From NCBI GenBank assembly GCA_963765175.1, contig CAVXUY010000006.1, positions 24,211 to 88,210 on the forward strand: DNA of 64,000 bases, given 5' to 3'. The notes under the pieces are model-generated. The model was given only the letters and a program-made list of their open reading frames with translations. It did not search any database and had not been told where the DNA came from. Position numbers and translations under genes: made by a program. Positions 20,195 through 30,586 of the stretch are shown here, piece by piece; positions within the stretch are counted from its first letter, which is position 1; each line of letters begins with the position of its first letter. Source of the DNA: an uncultured Actinomycetes bacterium. GTDB lineage: Bacteria; Actinomycetota; Thermoleophilia; Gaiellales; Gaiellaceae.

Positions 20195-21099
20195 TCTTCG
20201 CCTCCCTCCTGCGTCAGGTCCAGGAACACCTTCTCGAGCGACTCGCGCTCGGGCCGGAGCTCGCCGACTGCGACTCCCGCCTCGACGAGCGCCCGGTTGA
20301 CGGTCGAGGCCGCGGCCGGATCGACGTCGAGACGGAAGCCGCCGTTCACACGGGCGACCCCCTCGACGGCGCGAAGGGTCTCGAGCACGCGCGCGGCCTC
20401 GTCGAGCGGTTCGGCGCGGATCCAGAGGCCCTCGCGCCCGCGCAGCTCGTCCACGGTCCCCTCCCTGACCAGTCTTCCCTTCCTGATCACCGCGACGAGG
20501 TCGGAGACCTGCTCGACCTCGGTCATGAGATGACTCGAGAGCAGGACCGTGCGGCGACCCTGGCCGAGGCTGCGGATGAAGCCCCGCATCTCGGCCATCC
20601 CCGCAGGATCCATGCCGTTCGTCGGCTCGTCGAGGATCAGGAGCTCGGGATCCTTGAGCAGCGCGGCGGCGATTCCGAGTCGCTGCTTCATTCCGAGCGA
20701 GTACCCGGCGAAACGGTCGCCGGCCCGCTCGGCGAGGTCGACCTCCTCGAGGACGGTCTCGATCCTGCTCTCGTCCGTACCGGAGTACCGCGCGAGTACC
20801 CGGAGGTTGTCTCGTCCGGACAGGAACGGATAGAACGTCGGCGACTCGATCAGCGCCCCCACGCGCGCGAGACTCGCCGGCGACCCGGGCGGCGCGCCGA
20901 GGACGCGTGCGCTCCCCGAGGTGGGACGCACGAGCCCGAGGAGCATGCGCAGCGTCGTCGTCTTGCCCGCGCCGTTCGGGCCGAGGAAGCCGTAGACCAC
21001 GCCACGTGGCACTTGCATGCTCAGCCCGCTCACGGCGACGATGCGGTTTCCGTAGCGCTTGCCGAGCTCGTGCGTCTCGATGACGAAATCGCCGGTCAT
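20191..21099 (-). CDS. ABC transporter ATP-binding protein
   Basis: Walker A GPNGAGKTT, signature YSLGMKQRL, Walker B LLILDEPT. 4-nt overlap with the permease. Confidence 0.9.
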   Translation of the reverse strand: MTGDFVIETHELGKRYGNRIVAVSGLSMQVPRGVVYGFLGPNGAGKTTTLRMLLGLVRPTSGSARVLGAPPGSPASLARVGALIESPTFYPFLSGRDNLRVLARYSGTDESRIETVLEEVDLAERAGDRFAGYSLGMKQRLGIAAALLKDPELLILDEPTNGMDPAGMAEMRGFIRSLGQGRRTVLLSSHLMTEVEQVSDLVAVIRKGRLVREGTVDELRGREGLWIRAEPLDEAARVLETLRAVEGVARVNGGFRLDVDPAAASTVNRALVEAGVAVGELRPERESLEKVFLDLTQEGGEE

Positions 21100-21103
21100 C
21101 CGC

Positions 21104-21358
21104 TTACGCGCCCTTCGCGTGGCTCCCCAGCTCGTCGAGCCGCGCCCGGTACTCCTCACCGCTCAGCTCGCCCCGTGCGAAGCGCTCCGCGAGGATCTCG
21201 CGTGCGCGGTCGTGCGGTCCGCGGCGGTCTCGCCGCCGAGCGATCAGCCAGATCGCAGCGCCGATGAGCGCCGCCCAGAAGAGCAGCCAGAGCGGCCACC
21301 AGTGATGTCCCCAGTCGCCCTCCTGGGTCAGTAGAGGGAGTGCAGCGACAGCGTTCAT
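21104..21358 (-). CDS. SHOCT-domain small membrane protein
   Basis: 84 aa; one TM helix, then ILAERFARGELSGEEYRARLDEL. Confidence 0.75.
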   Translation of the reverse strand: MNAVAALPLLTQEGDWGHHWWPLWLLFWAALIGAAIWLIARRRDRRGPHDRAREILAERFARGELSGEEYRARLDELGSHAKGA

Positions 21359-21403
21359 GAATCACTCCTTGGGTGTCGTGTGGTCTGTCACCCAGCAACG
21401 GTA

Positions 21404-21415
21404 GGTCCCGGGACC
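21404..21415. promoter_or_regulatory. perfect 12-nt palindrome GGTCCCGGGACC in a divergent promoter region
   Basis: Lies 46 nt upstream of the SHOCT/ABC operon start and 111 nt upstream of the kinase start. Confidence 0.25.
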
Positions 21416-21525
21416 CCCGCTCCGAAACGCTCCACGGAAGGAGTTTCGCGTCCCCCCGCAGGCGGACGGACGATCCTCCCGCGGGAAGACTCGTGGCTGC
21501 CGGTGGGCGGCTACGCTCGTTCGGA

Positions 21526-22729
21526 ATGGGCTCCTACTCAGCGTCCAGACCGGTCCGGACGCCCTGGCAGAGGCGTCGAGAAGTCGCGCTCGACGTCGCC
21601 CTCGCACTCGTCGTGTTCGCCCTCTCGATTGCCGTGCTCGCGGGACGGGACGACGAAGCAGGCGCACGCGGGCTGGACGCGCTCGGACTCCTGCTCGTCG
21701 CCCTCGCGTCCCTGCCCCTTGTTGCGCATCGCAGAGCCCCGCTCGCGGTGTTTGCCGTGACCGCGGCGGCGAGCGCGGTGCTGAACGCCCTCGACTACCC
21801 GCCCGGCCCGCCGATCGGGCCGACGGTCGCTCTCTACTTCCTGGCCTCGAACCCGGAGCGGACGCGGGCGTCGCGATGGGTGGTGGGTTCCGTGGTCGCG
21901 AGCCTCTTCGTCCTTCACGTCGGCGGCGTCGCCGTCGCCGAGGAGGCGTTTCCGACCGTCCCGCTCCTCTTCGGCGCCCTGGTCTGGGGCGGAGCGTGGG
22001 TCGTCGGGGACCGCGTCCGCCAACGACGCGCGCGGGTCGCCGGGCTCGAGGAGCAGCTACGGCGGGCCGAGCAGGAGGCCGAGCGCGAGCGCCGCCTTGC
22101 CACGGCCGAGGAGCGCACGCGCATCGCACGCGATCTCCACGACTCCGCCGGGCATGCGATCAACGTGATCCTCGTCCAGGCCGGGGCGGCCAGGCTGCTC
22201 CAGGAGCGGGATCCAGAGCGCTCCCGCGCGGCGCTGGTGACGATCGAAGAGGTCGCGCGCGAGACGCTCGGCGAGATCGACCAGCTCGTTGGCGCGCTGC
22301 GCGACGACGACCCGAGCGGAGAGGACGGAGGACGCGTCGAGCCGCCCGTCGGGCTGGCCGCTCTCGAGACGCTTGCCGAGCGTCATCGCTCGACGGGCCT
22401 CGGTGTCACCGTGCGCGAGCACGGGACACGGCGGCCGCTGCCTGCCGGCGCTCGATCAGTCGGCGTATCGGATCCTGCAGGAAGCGCTCACCAACGCCGC
22501 CCGGCACGGAGGCGGCAGCGTGGAGGTCGACATCGACTTCGGACCCAGCGCGCTCGAGCTGACCGTCAGCAACCCGATTCGTGCGGGCCAGGCAGCGAGC
22601 GGGCCGGCCCACGGCATCGTCGGGATGCGGGAGCGGGCGGCACTCCTCGGAGGCAGCCTGGAGACCGGCGCCGAGAACGGCCTCTACCGTATGCGGGCGC
22701 TGCTTCCGTACGGCGGCGACGGTACGTGA
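21526..22729 (+). pseudogene. membrane sensor histidine kinase (HisKA_3 + HATPase_c), frameshift near 22440
   Basis: Frame 1 gives TM helices and the H-box ARDLHDSAGH up to ...GTRRPLPA. Frame 2 (ORF 22289-22729) continues LPALDQSAYRILQEALTNAARHGG...GMRERA. Confidence 0.8.
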
Positions 22730-23406
22730 GCGCGCGCCCGATACGCGTCCTGCTGGTCGACGACGACGACCTCATGCGTGCAGGCCTCAGAGCGGTGCTC
22801 TCGAGCGACGAGACGATCGAGGTCGTCGGTGAGGCCGGCGACGGCCGCGCGGCCCTCGGCGAAGCGCGCTCACGCAGACCGGACGTCGTCCTGATGGATG
22901 TCCGGATGCCGGACCTGGACGGCATCTCGGCGACGCGTGAGCTTCTCGCCGTCTCGCCCGACGTCAAGGTCGCGATCCTCACGACCTTCGAGCAGGACGA
23001 CTACATCTTCGGTGCGCTGAGCGCGGGGGCGTCCGGCTTCCTCCTCAAGCGCTCGAAGCCCGAGCAGCTCATCGCCGCCATCCACACGCTCGCCGAAGGC
23101 GACTCGCTCCTCTCCCCGTCCGTCACGCGCAGAGTCGTCGAGCGTCTGGCGAGACAGCCGGTGGTCGACCCTTCGGCGCGGACGCGCCTGGACGAGCTCA
23201 CCCCACGCGAGCGAGAGGTGCTCGGGCTCATCGCGCGTGGGCTCTCGAACAGCGAGATCGCAGCCGAGTTCGTGATCGAGGAGTCCACGGTGAAGACGCA
23301 TGTGAAGCGCATCCTCATGAAGCTCCACCTCCGTGACCGCGTCCAGGCGGTGATCTTCGCCTACGAGAGCGGGCTCACCCAGGCCGGCCCCAAGACCGCT
23401 CCCTGA
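22726..23406 (+). CDS. NarL/LuxR-family response regulator
   Basis: GTGA overlap with the kinase stop; IRVLLVDDDDLMRAGL ... LTPREREVLGLIARGLSNSEIA. Confidence 0.9.
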   Translation: MSARPIRVLLVDDDDLMRAGLRAVLSSDETIEVVGEAGDGRAALGEARSRRPDVVLMDVRMPDLDGISATRELLAVSPDVKVAILTTFEQDDYIFGALSAGASGFLLKRSKPEQLIAAIHTLAEGDSLLSPSVTRRVVERLARQPVVDPSARTRLDELTPREREVLGLIARGLSNSEIAAEFVIEESTVKTHVKRILMKLHLRDRVQAVIFAYESGLTQAGPKTAP

Positions 23407-23636
23407 GGAGGACGGTGAGATCCTCCGCTCGGGCCGCTGATGTCGGTCTCGTGCGTTGCTTGTTCATGCCGGACAGGCAGGAGTAGTGTCGGTGAGGTAA
23501 CGCGGTGAAAGAGAGGGGGTCAGTCGAACGCCGCGAGGTCGACGAGGGCGACCACTCCGCGGCCTGACAGGAGCCGGAGATCTTCACGGACGAGCTGCGA
23601 GCGGCGTTCAAGTCGCTTCGCTGAAAGGAGCTGCTC

Positions 23637-24845
23637 ATGAGCACCACCGCAGAGACCGCAACCGAGATCCGAGCCTTCAGCGTCGACATTCCCGAAGACA
23701 AGATCGACGACTTGCGCCGCCGCATCGGGGCGACGCGCTTGCCGAGCAAGGAGCTCGTCGAGGATCGGTCGCAGGGCGTGCAGCTCGCGACGATTCAGGA
23801 GCTCGCCCGCTACTGGACGACCGAGTACGACTTCGGCGCAAGATCGAGGCGAGGCTGAACGCGCTCCCGCAGTTCACCACCGAGATCGACGGCGTCGACA
23901 TCCACTTCATCCACGTGCAGCTCGCAGCACGAGAACGCGCTGCCGCTGATCATGACGCACGGCTGGCCCGGCTCGGTCATCGAGCTGCTCGACACCGTCG
24001 GCCCGCTGACCGACCCGACCGCGCATGGCGGCACGGCCGAGGACGCATTCCATCTGGTGCTGCCGTCCATGCCCGGCTACGGCTTCTCCAGTGAGCCGAC
24101 CGAGCTCGGCTGGGACGCCAGCCGCACCGCACGCGCGTGGGCAGAGCTGATGCACCGCCTCGGCTACACCCGCTACGTCGCCCAGGGCGGTGACGTGGGT
24201 GCCCTCGTCACGGACCTGATGGGCCGCCAGGCGGTCGAGGGTTTGGTCGGCTACCACCTGAACCTGCTCACGGCGACGCTCGCAATCGGCGATCAACTGC
24301 CCAAGGAATCCGAACAGGAACGCGCAGCGGCCGAGGCGCTCGCGACGGTCAAGGAGGACGGCTTCGGCTACTTCCTCGAGATGGCAACGCGGCCACAGAC
24401 GATCGGCTACGCCCTGCTGGATTCACCCGTCGCGCTGGCGGCCTGGCTGCTCGACCACGACACGGACAGCTACTACAAGATCTCCCGCGCGTTCGTCGAC
24501 GGCGAGCCCGTGGGCAATCTCACCCGGGACAACATCGTCGACAACATCACGCTGTACTGGCTGACCGGCACCGCAGCGTCGGCGGCCCGGTCGTACTGGG
24601 AGGACGGACGAGTGCTGGCCGCAGCGATTGCGAGCGGCCAGGCTCCTCCGCCGGTCACCGTGCCGGTCGGCTTCACGTCGTTCCCCGGCGAGATCTATGG
24701 GGTCGCCCCGCGCAGCTGGGTCGAGATCGTCTACCCCGACCTCGCCTACTTCAACGAGGTCGACAGGGGCGGCCACTTCGCCGCCTGGGAGGAGCCGCAG
24801 CTGTTCTCCGAGGAAATGCGCGCCGCATTCAAGGCCGTGCGGTAG
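23637..24845 (+). pseudogene. epoxide hydrolase (EphA-like, with N-terminal EH domain), two frameshifts near 23838 and 23920
   Basis: ELARYWTTEYDFG / RKIEARLNALPQFTTEIDGVDIHFIHV / SQHENALPLIMTHGWPGSVIELL lie in three frames; the rest (ORF 23952-24845) is intact. Confidence 0.85.
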
Positions 24846-24917
24846 TGCGATCGAACGTCGACTGGGGCGGTGGCCGCGCCGCCCCAGTCACCGACCACGA
24901 AACGGGAGACGACTCTC

Positions 24918-25897
24918 ATGGGCATCCTCGACAAGCTTCGCCTCTCCTCCGAGGGCACCGTGCCGTCCCTGGACGGCGCTACCGAGTGGCTCAACTCGGA
25001 GCCGTTGACGGCGGCCGACCTCCGCGGACACGTCGTCGCATTCGATTTCTGGACCTTCACCTGCATCAACTGGATCCGGACCGCGCCCTACAGGCGCGCC
25101 TGGTACGAGAAGTACCGCGATCAGGGCCTGATCGTGATCGGCGTCCACACGCCCGAGTTCCCGTTCGAGCAGGACGTCGACAGCATCCGGGCCGCAGATC
25201 GAGGAGATGCGAATCGCATATCCCGTCGCCGTTGACAGCGACTACGCGATCTGGACCGCCTTCGCGAACAACTACTGGCCCGCGCTCTACATCGCCGACG
25301 CCGACGGAACGATTCGCTTCCACCGCTACGGCGAGGAGGGCTACGAGGAGTCCGAGCGAGCCATCCAGGAGCTCCTCGACGTGCCCCGGACCGACGCCGT
25401 CGCCGTCGAGACCGAAGGAGTCGAGGCGCCCGCCGACTGGGGCGACCTTGCAGTCTCCCGAGACGTACCTCGGCGCCGAGCGGGGCGAGCGCTTCACCTC
25501 GCCGGGAGGCGCAGCCTGGGAGGAGCGTCGGACCTACGAGAAGCCCTCCCAGCTCGCTCTCAACCGGTGGGCCCTCTCGGGTGAATGGACCCTCGGGCGG
25601 AAGGCGGTGCATCTCAACGAGGCAGGCGGCTCGCTCGCGTACCGCTTTCGCGCCCGCGACGTCAACCTCGTCATGGGGCCGCCGCACCGCCGGCAGCCGA
25701 TTCGGTTCGAGGTCCGTGTCGACGGGGCGCCACCCGGCGCCGCAGGCGGGGTCGACGTCGGCGAGCGCGGCGAGGGCACCGCTCACGACCGGCGCCTGTA
25801 TCAGCTCGTCCGCCAGCCCGGAGAGGTCGGCGAGCACACCTTCGAGATCACGTTCCTCGAGCCCGAAGTCGAGGCGTATGTGTTCACCTTCGGCTAG
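24918..25897 (+). pseudogene. thioredoxin-like (DipZ C-terminal type) protein, two frameshifts near 25196 and 25450
   Basis: FWTFTCINWIRTAPY..VIGVHTPEFPFEQ / IEEMRIAYPVAVDSDYAIWTAFANNYWPALYI / SPETYLGAERGERF...YVFTFG in three frames. The active site reads C-I-N-W, not CxxC. Confidence 0.75.
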
Positions 25898-25941
25898 GCG
25901 AGGGGTGCGAGAGTGTGTCAGAACCGACCGAAGGAGGCGAG

Positions 25942-26544
25942 ATGGCGCTCATTTCCCGGGGCTTCAGGGGCCGCCGCGACGACGCGCCGGGCGACCGCGT
26001 GCCGCCGGGCCAGTACGTAACCAGAGACTTCCCGGTCCTCTCCGCCGGCCCGACTCCGCACACGCCGCTCGAGGCGTGGGACTTCTCGATCGTCGGCGAG
26101 GTCGACGAACCGCTCCGCTGGACGTGGGAAGAGTTCCGCACGCTCCCGAGCGAGGAGGTGACGGTCGACGTCCATTGCGTGACGGGGTGGTCGAAGCTCG
26201 ACACCGCGTGGACAGGTGTCTCCGTCGACACGCTGCTCGACGGTATCGAGACGACGGCGGAGTACGTCGTCCAGTTCTCGGACGGTGGCTACACCACGAA
26301 CGTGCCGCTCGAAGACGTGACCGGCGGCAGGGCCTGGGTCGCCTACGGCTACGACGGCGAGCCCCTCGATCCCGAGCACGGCGGCCCCGCACGCATGCTC
26401 GTCCCGCACCTCTACTTCTGGAAGAGCGCGAAGTGGGTGCGCGGTCTGCGGCTCCAGCAGACCGACGAGCCGGGTTTCTGGGAGGTGAACGGGTACCACA
26501 ACTACGGTGACCCTTGGCAGGAACAGCGGTACTGGGGCGACTGA
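25942..26544 (+). CDS. sulfite-oxidase-family molybdopterin oxidoreductase domain protein
   Basis: 200 aa; DVHCVTGWS, YFWKSAKW, GYHNYGDPW motifs. AAGGAGG RBS before ATG 25942. Confidence 0.85.
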   Translation: MALISRGFRGRRDDAPGDRVPPGQYVTRDFPVLSAGPTPHTPLEAWDFSIVGEVDEPLRWTWEEFRTLPSEEVTVDVHCVTGWSKLDTAWTGVSVDTLLDGIETTAEYVVQFSDGGYTTNVPLEDVTGGRAWVAYGYDGEPLDPEHGGPARMLVPHLYFWKSAKWVRGLRLQQTDEPGFWEVNGYHNYGDPWQEQRYWGD

Positions 26545-27262
26545 CCTGGCGGGTCGCCGAGGTCGTCGACGTCGTCGCCGAGACGCCGCGCGTCAAGACG
26601 ATCGCGTTCGACGTCCCCGACTGGCCGGGCCATCGTGCGGGCCAGCACGTCGACGTCCGGCTGACCGCGGAGGACGGCTACCAGGCGCATCGCAGCTACT
26701 CGATCGCCTCCGCGCCGGACGGCGCACTCGCGTCGAGCTGACGGTAGAGCGCCTCGACGACGGCGAGGTCTCCCCCTATCTGACCGACGAGCTGCGGCCG
26801 GGCGATGGCATCGAGCTCCGCGGGCCCGTCGGCGGCTACTTCGTGTGGGAGCCGTCTCGTGGAGGCCCCCTGCTGCTGCTCGCGGGTGGTTCGGGAATCG
26901 TGCCGCTGATGGCGATGATTCGCGTGCGCGCGGCCGCCAACAGTGACGCCGACACGCGGTTGGTCTTCTCGTCCCGCGGCTGGGAGGACGTCATCTACCG
27001 AGAGGAGCTCGAGCGCCTGAACGGCGACGGCCTCACCGTGGCGCACACGCTCACGCGCTCGCAGCCGTCGGGCTGGACGGGCTACGCGCGCCGGGTCGAC
27101 GCCGAGATGCTGGCAGAGGTCGGCCCCGACCCGGCGGGGCGGCCGCACGTCTACGTCTGCGGCCCGACGCCGTTCGTCGAGGCGGTCGCCGGCGCGCTCG
27201 TGGAGCTCGGGCACTCTGCGGGTGAGATCAGGACGGAACGCTTCGGACCGACGGGAGGTTGA
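26514..27262 (+). pseudogene. ferredoxin-NADP reductase-like FAD/NAD-binding oxidoreductase, frameshift near 26724
   Basis: RSYSIASAPDG in one frame, TRVELTVERLDDGEVSPYL...LLLAGGSGIVP...YVCGP in the next. Start uncertain (26514-26541). Confidence 0.8.
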
Positions 27263-27263
27263 G

Positions 27264-27521
27264 ATGGACGCTCTGATGCTCGACGGAAACGCGGTCGCGG
27301 GCCTGCTCCGGGAGGTCTTCGCGGTGGAGATGACGACGGCCGTCGGAACGTGCGACGGCTGCGGCGCCGGCAACCCCGTCGGCGCGACTCACGTGTATCG
27401 CGGCGCCGGGATCGTCATGCGCTGCCCGAACTGCGGCAACGCGCTCGTGACGATCGTCAAATCCGACACCCGCATGTGGCTCGGCTTTCCGGGAGTGCGC
27501 ACGCTGCAGGTCAGCGTCTAG
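27264..27521 (+). CDS. DUF6510-like small Cys-pair protein
   Basis: 85 aa; C-x2-C ... C-x2-C (CDGCG ... CPNCG). Family name from memory. Confidence 0.65.
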   Translation: MDALMLDGNAVAGLLREVFAVEMTTAVGTCDGCGAGNPVGATHVYRGAGIVMRCPNCGNALVTIVKSDTRMWLGFPGVRTLQVSV

Positions 27522-27532
27522 CGGGCGGCGTC

Positions 27533-27955
27533 TCAGACCGCTCCGAGTGCTGCTGTGATCCTTTCGATCGCCGCCGTCTCCTCGTCCTTTACCCCGCCCT
27601 TGGCCTCCGCTGCCGCCGTCGCGACGTCGAGCACGAAGCCTCGATAGGCCTCGAGCTCGTCCGGAGCCTTGGCGCCGAGCACTGCCACCGCTGCGCCGAG
27701 GGCGTCGATCGTCCCCTCCACGACCTCCTTCGGTGACGCGACCAGGCCGAAGCCGGTGCCGTGTGTTGCCGAGAGCTCGCGGACGAGCTGGCTCTCGCTC
27801 TCACGATGTGCTGCGAGTTGCTTGGCGACCGTGCTTGCCTCACCGAAGCTGTCGGTGAAATCGCGATGGGCCGCGGAGACCAGCAACCCGGCGCCCGTGA
27901 CGCCCTGCTGGAGGTCCTTCCATTCGTCCTCGGTGAAGTCCGCCTTGCCGGCCAT
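27533..27955 (-). CDS. hypothetical protein (140 aa, helical, acidic)
   Basis: ORF with coding-like GC3. Start at the internal ATG (MAGKADFTEDEWKDL). No family recognised. Confidence 0.55.
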   Translation of the reverse strand: MAGKADFTEDEWKDLQQGVTGAGLLVSAAHRDFTDSFGEASTVAKQLAAHRESESQLVRELSATHGTGFGLVASPKEVVEGTIDALGAAVAVLGAKAPDELEAYRGFVLDVATAAAEAKGGVKDEETAAIERITAALGAV

Positions 27956-28026
27956 GTGTCCTCCTTCGATGAGTGCTGTTGTGTCGATTCTGATTACCCG
28001 GCCGCCGCATGAAACCAACCGTGCAC

Positions 28027-28698
28027 CTAGTTGGGGTCACCCGCAGCGACAATTCCGTGCTCGTAGGCGAAGACGACCGCCTGTACTCGGTCGCGTAGGT
28101 CGAGCTTCATCAGAACGCTGCCGACGTGGCTCTTGACCGTCGCCTCGGTCACGACCAGCCGCCGCGCGATCTCGCCGTTCGACAGACCGCGCGCTACGAG
28201 AACGAGCACCTCCCGCTCGCGCGGCGTGAGCTGTTCGAGCACCGCCGTCGGCGGTTCGAGCGGGTCGGTGCGAGCGGAGAAGTCCTCGATCAGCCGGCGC
28301 GTGATCGAGGGCGACAGCAGCGCCTCGCCCCCGTACACGACGCGGATCGCCTCCAGGAGACGTTCGCGCGGGGCGTCCTTCAGCAGGAAGCCGGCGGCGC
28401 CGGCCCGCAGTGCGCCGAAGACGTACTCGTCGAGGTCGAAGGTCGTCAGGACGAGCACGCGCGGCGGCGGCTCGACCCCGGCGGCGGTAAGCCGCGCCGT
28501 CGCTTCCACGCCGTCCATCCCGGGCATGCGGATGTCCATAAGCACGACGTCCGGCTCCAGCTCGCGCACGCGCTCGATCGCTTCGGCCCCGTCGGCTGCC
28601 TCGCCGACGACCTCTAGGTCGTCTTGCGTCTCCAGGAATAGCCGAAAGCCCGTGCGGACGAGCTCCTGGTCGTCGACGATCAGGAGCCGGATGCTCAC
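28027..28698 (-). CDS. NarL/LuxR-family response regulator
   Basis: IRLLIVDDQELVRTGF ... LTPREREVLVLVARGLSNGEIA. Confidence 0.9.
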   Translation of the reverse strand: MSIRLLIVDDQELVRTGFRLFLETQDDLEVVGEAADGAEAIERVRELEPDVVLMDIRMPGMDGVEATARLTAAGVEPPPRVLVLTTFDLDEYVFGALRAGAAGFLLKDAPRERLLEAIRVVYGGEALLSPSITRRLIEDFSARTDPLEPPTAVLEQLTPREREVLVLVARGLSNGEIARRLVVTEATVKSHVGSVLMKLDLRDRVQAVVFAYEHGIVAAGDPN

Positions 28699-29873
28699 GC
28701 GTCACCGCCAACGGGCAGCCGCGCCGCAACCCGGAAGCCGCCGCCCTCCCGGGGCCCCGTCTGCAGCTCTCCGCCGAGAAGGGTCACGCGCTCGCGCATT
28801 CCGACGAGGCCCTGCCCGGTTGTGGCGGCGTCGCGGGTCGTGGTCGTGCCGTCGTCCACGACCTCGAGCTCGAGACGGGAGTCGCGAAACGCGAGCGTTA
28901 CCGTGACGTTCGTCGGGGCTGAATGCTTGAGAGCGTTCGTCAGCGCCTCCTGCACGATGCGGTAGACGGAAAGCTCGACGCCGCCGGGAAGCCCCGTCGG
29001 CTCACCGATCATCTCCAGCCGTACCGGCAGTCCAGCTGCGCAGTAGCTCGCGACGAGCTCGTCCAGCTCGGCGAGCGACGGCTGCGGGCGCGACTCCGCT
29101 CTCTGCTCTGGTTCTCGCAGCAGCGCCAGGATTCGCCGCAGCTCGATCAGGCTTTGCTCGCCGCTCCGTTCGACGCGAGCGAGCGTCTCGTCCGCGGCGT
29201 CGGGCGAAGTGCGCAGCGCGTCGCGGGCACCCCGCACGCCCACGAGCATGACGCTCACGGAATGGGCGACGATGTCATGCAGCTCGCGGGCGATCGACGC
29301 CCGCTCCTCGTGGACGGCGATGCGGGCGAGCTGCTCGCGCTCGCGTTCGGCGGAGGCCGCGCGCTCCTGGAGCTCGCGGCGGTAGCGCCGTTGGGTCTGG
29401 GCGTACGCACCCAGCCCCCAGATGCCGGCTGCCAGCACGACGACGATGATCGCGCCGAACGCGGCGGAGGTCTCCCGGCCGGAGGTGTCCGCCGTGGCGG
29501 CAGAGAACGTCGCGCCGATCGCGGCTGTCACCGCGAGCGCCGCGAGCGATACCCGCCGCTCGCAGAGAGCGGCGGTCGTATAGAGCGCGATTGCTGCCGA
29601 CAGGCCGCCGGGGTCGTCACCGAGGGCGCCAATCGCCACCGTCGCCGCGCCCGTCGTCGCGAGCACGGCCAGTGGCGCCGTCCGACGCGCCACGAGCGCG
29701 CCACCGGCGACGACGGCGAGGACGATCGCCGCCCCGCTCGGGGTACCCGGAGCACCGATCACCTGTGCGAGCTCCGCCGCGGTTGCGAGCGCCGCGAGCG
29801 CGAGGTCGAACGCGAGCGAGCGCCGGCCGCGCGGCCAGCGCTCGTCGAGGCGCGCTTGCACCGGGTCGCTCAT
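28695..29873 (-). CDS. membrane sensor histidine kinase (HisKA_3 + HATPase_c)
   Basis: TM region, H-box ARELHDIVAHS, N-box EALTNALKH, GMRERV. ATGA overlaps on both sides. Confidence 0.85.
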   Translation of the reverse strand: MSDPVQARLDERWPRGRRSLAFDLALAALATAAELAQVIGAPGTPSGAAIVLAVVAGGALVARRTAPLAVLATTGAATVAIGALGDDPGGLSAAIALYTTAALCERRVSLAALAVTAAIGATFSAATADTSGRETSAAFGAIIVVVLAAGIWGLGAYAQTQRRYRRELQERAASAEREREQLARIAVHEERASIARELHDIVAHSVSVMLVGVRGARDALRTSPDAADETLARVERSGEQSLIELRRILALLREPEQRAESRPQPSLAELDELVASYCAAGLPVRLEMIGEPTGLPGGVELSVYRIVQEALTNALKHSAPTNVTVTLAFRDSRLELEVVDDGTTTTRDAATTGQGLVGMRERVTLLGGELQTGPREGGGFRVAARLPVGGDA

Positions 29874-30586
29874 GCGAGGTCGCGTCGGCGCTCGACGACG
29901 ACCGCAGCGAGCAGGAGCAGCACCGCCGAGGCGGCGAGAACCAGTCCGGCTTCGCCCCAGGAGAGCGTGTCGGCGGTGGGATCCCCGGCCAGCCCGACCG
30001 CCGCTCCGAACGGGGTCACCTCGGCCGCGGTCTCGTCGGCGACGACGAGCAGGGGCATTCCGACGAACATCAGGATCAGCGCCCCGACCACACCGGCGAC
30101 CTGGCTGCGGACGAGCGCGCCGGCGGCGACGCCCATGATCGCGCACAGCCCCGCGCCGAGGATGCTTCCCGCGGCCACGAGGGCGATCTTGCCGTACCCG
30201 AGGCCCGGCCCCGGCTCGCCGGTCAGGAGCGGGAGGCCGAGCGCGAGCGTGATCGCGACTGTCAGCGTCCCGAGCACGAGGCCGGTGACGGCGTACGCGC
30301 CCGCCCGCGCGAGCAACAGCTGCCCGCGGCGGCCTCCGACCGCGATCGCAGCCGGGGCGGCGGTGCGGTGACGGTACTCTCCAGCGGCACCGACGAGCCC
30401 GAAGAGGATAAGCAGCAGCGGCAGGCCCGAAATCGCCGCCTGTTTGTCCGCCACCGTGAGCAGATCCTCGGACAGGGTCAAGATCAGGACGTTGGCGATC
30501 GCAGCCGCGACCCCGAGCGCCGCGTAGGCGAACACGGTGCGGGTGGTCACGGTCTTGATCAGCTCGCCTTTCAGTAGGGCGGTCAT
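29870..30586 (-). CDS. ABC-2 type transporter permease
   Basis: 238 aa, 6 TM-like segments; overlaps the ATPase stop by 4 nt. Confidence 0.8.
   Translation of the reverse strand: MTALLKGELIKTVTTRTVFAYAALGVAAAIANVLILTLSEDLLTVADKQAAISGLPLLLILFGLVGAAGEYRHRTAAPAAIAVGGRRGQLLLARAGAYAVTGLVLGTLTVAITLALGLPLLTGEPGPGLGYGKIALVAAGSILGAGLCAIMGVAAGALVRSQVAGVVGALILMFVGMPLLVVADETAAEVTPFGAAVGLAGDPTADTLSWGEAGLVLAASAVLLLLAAVVVERRRDLA

Noticed and set aside
23407-23636. 230-nt leader upstream of the epoxide hydrolase gene as a possible riboswitch
   Set aside because: I could not match it to any riboswitch consensus I know (TPP, SAM, cobalamin, glycine, ZTP, guanidine or Mn classes). No convincing terminator/antiterminator pair was seen.
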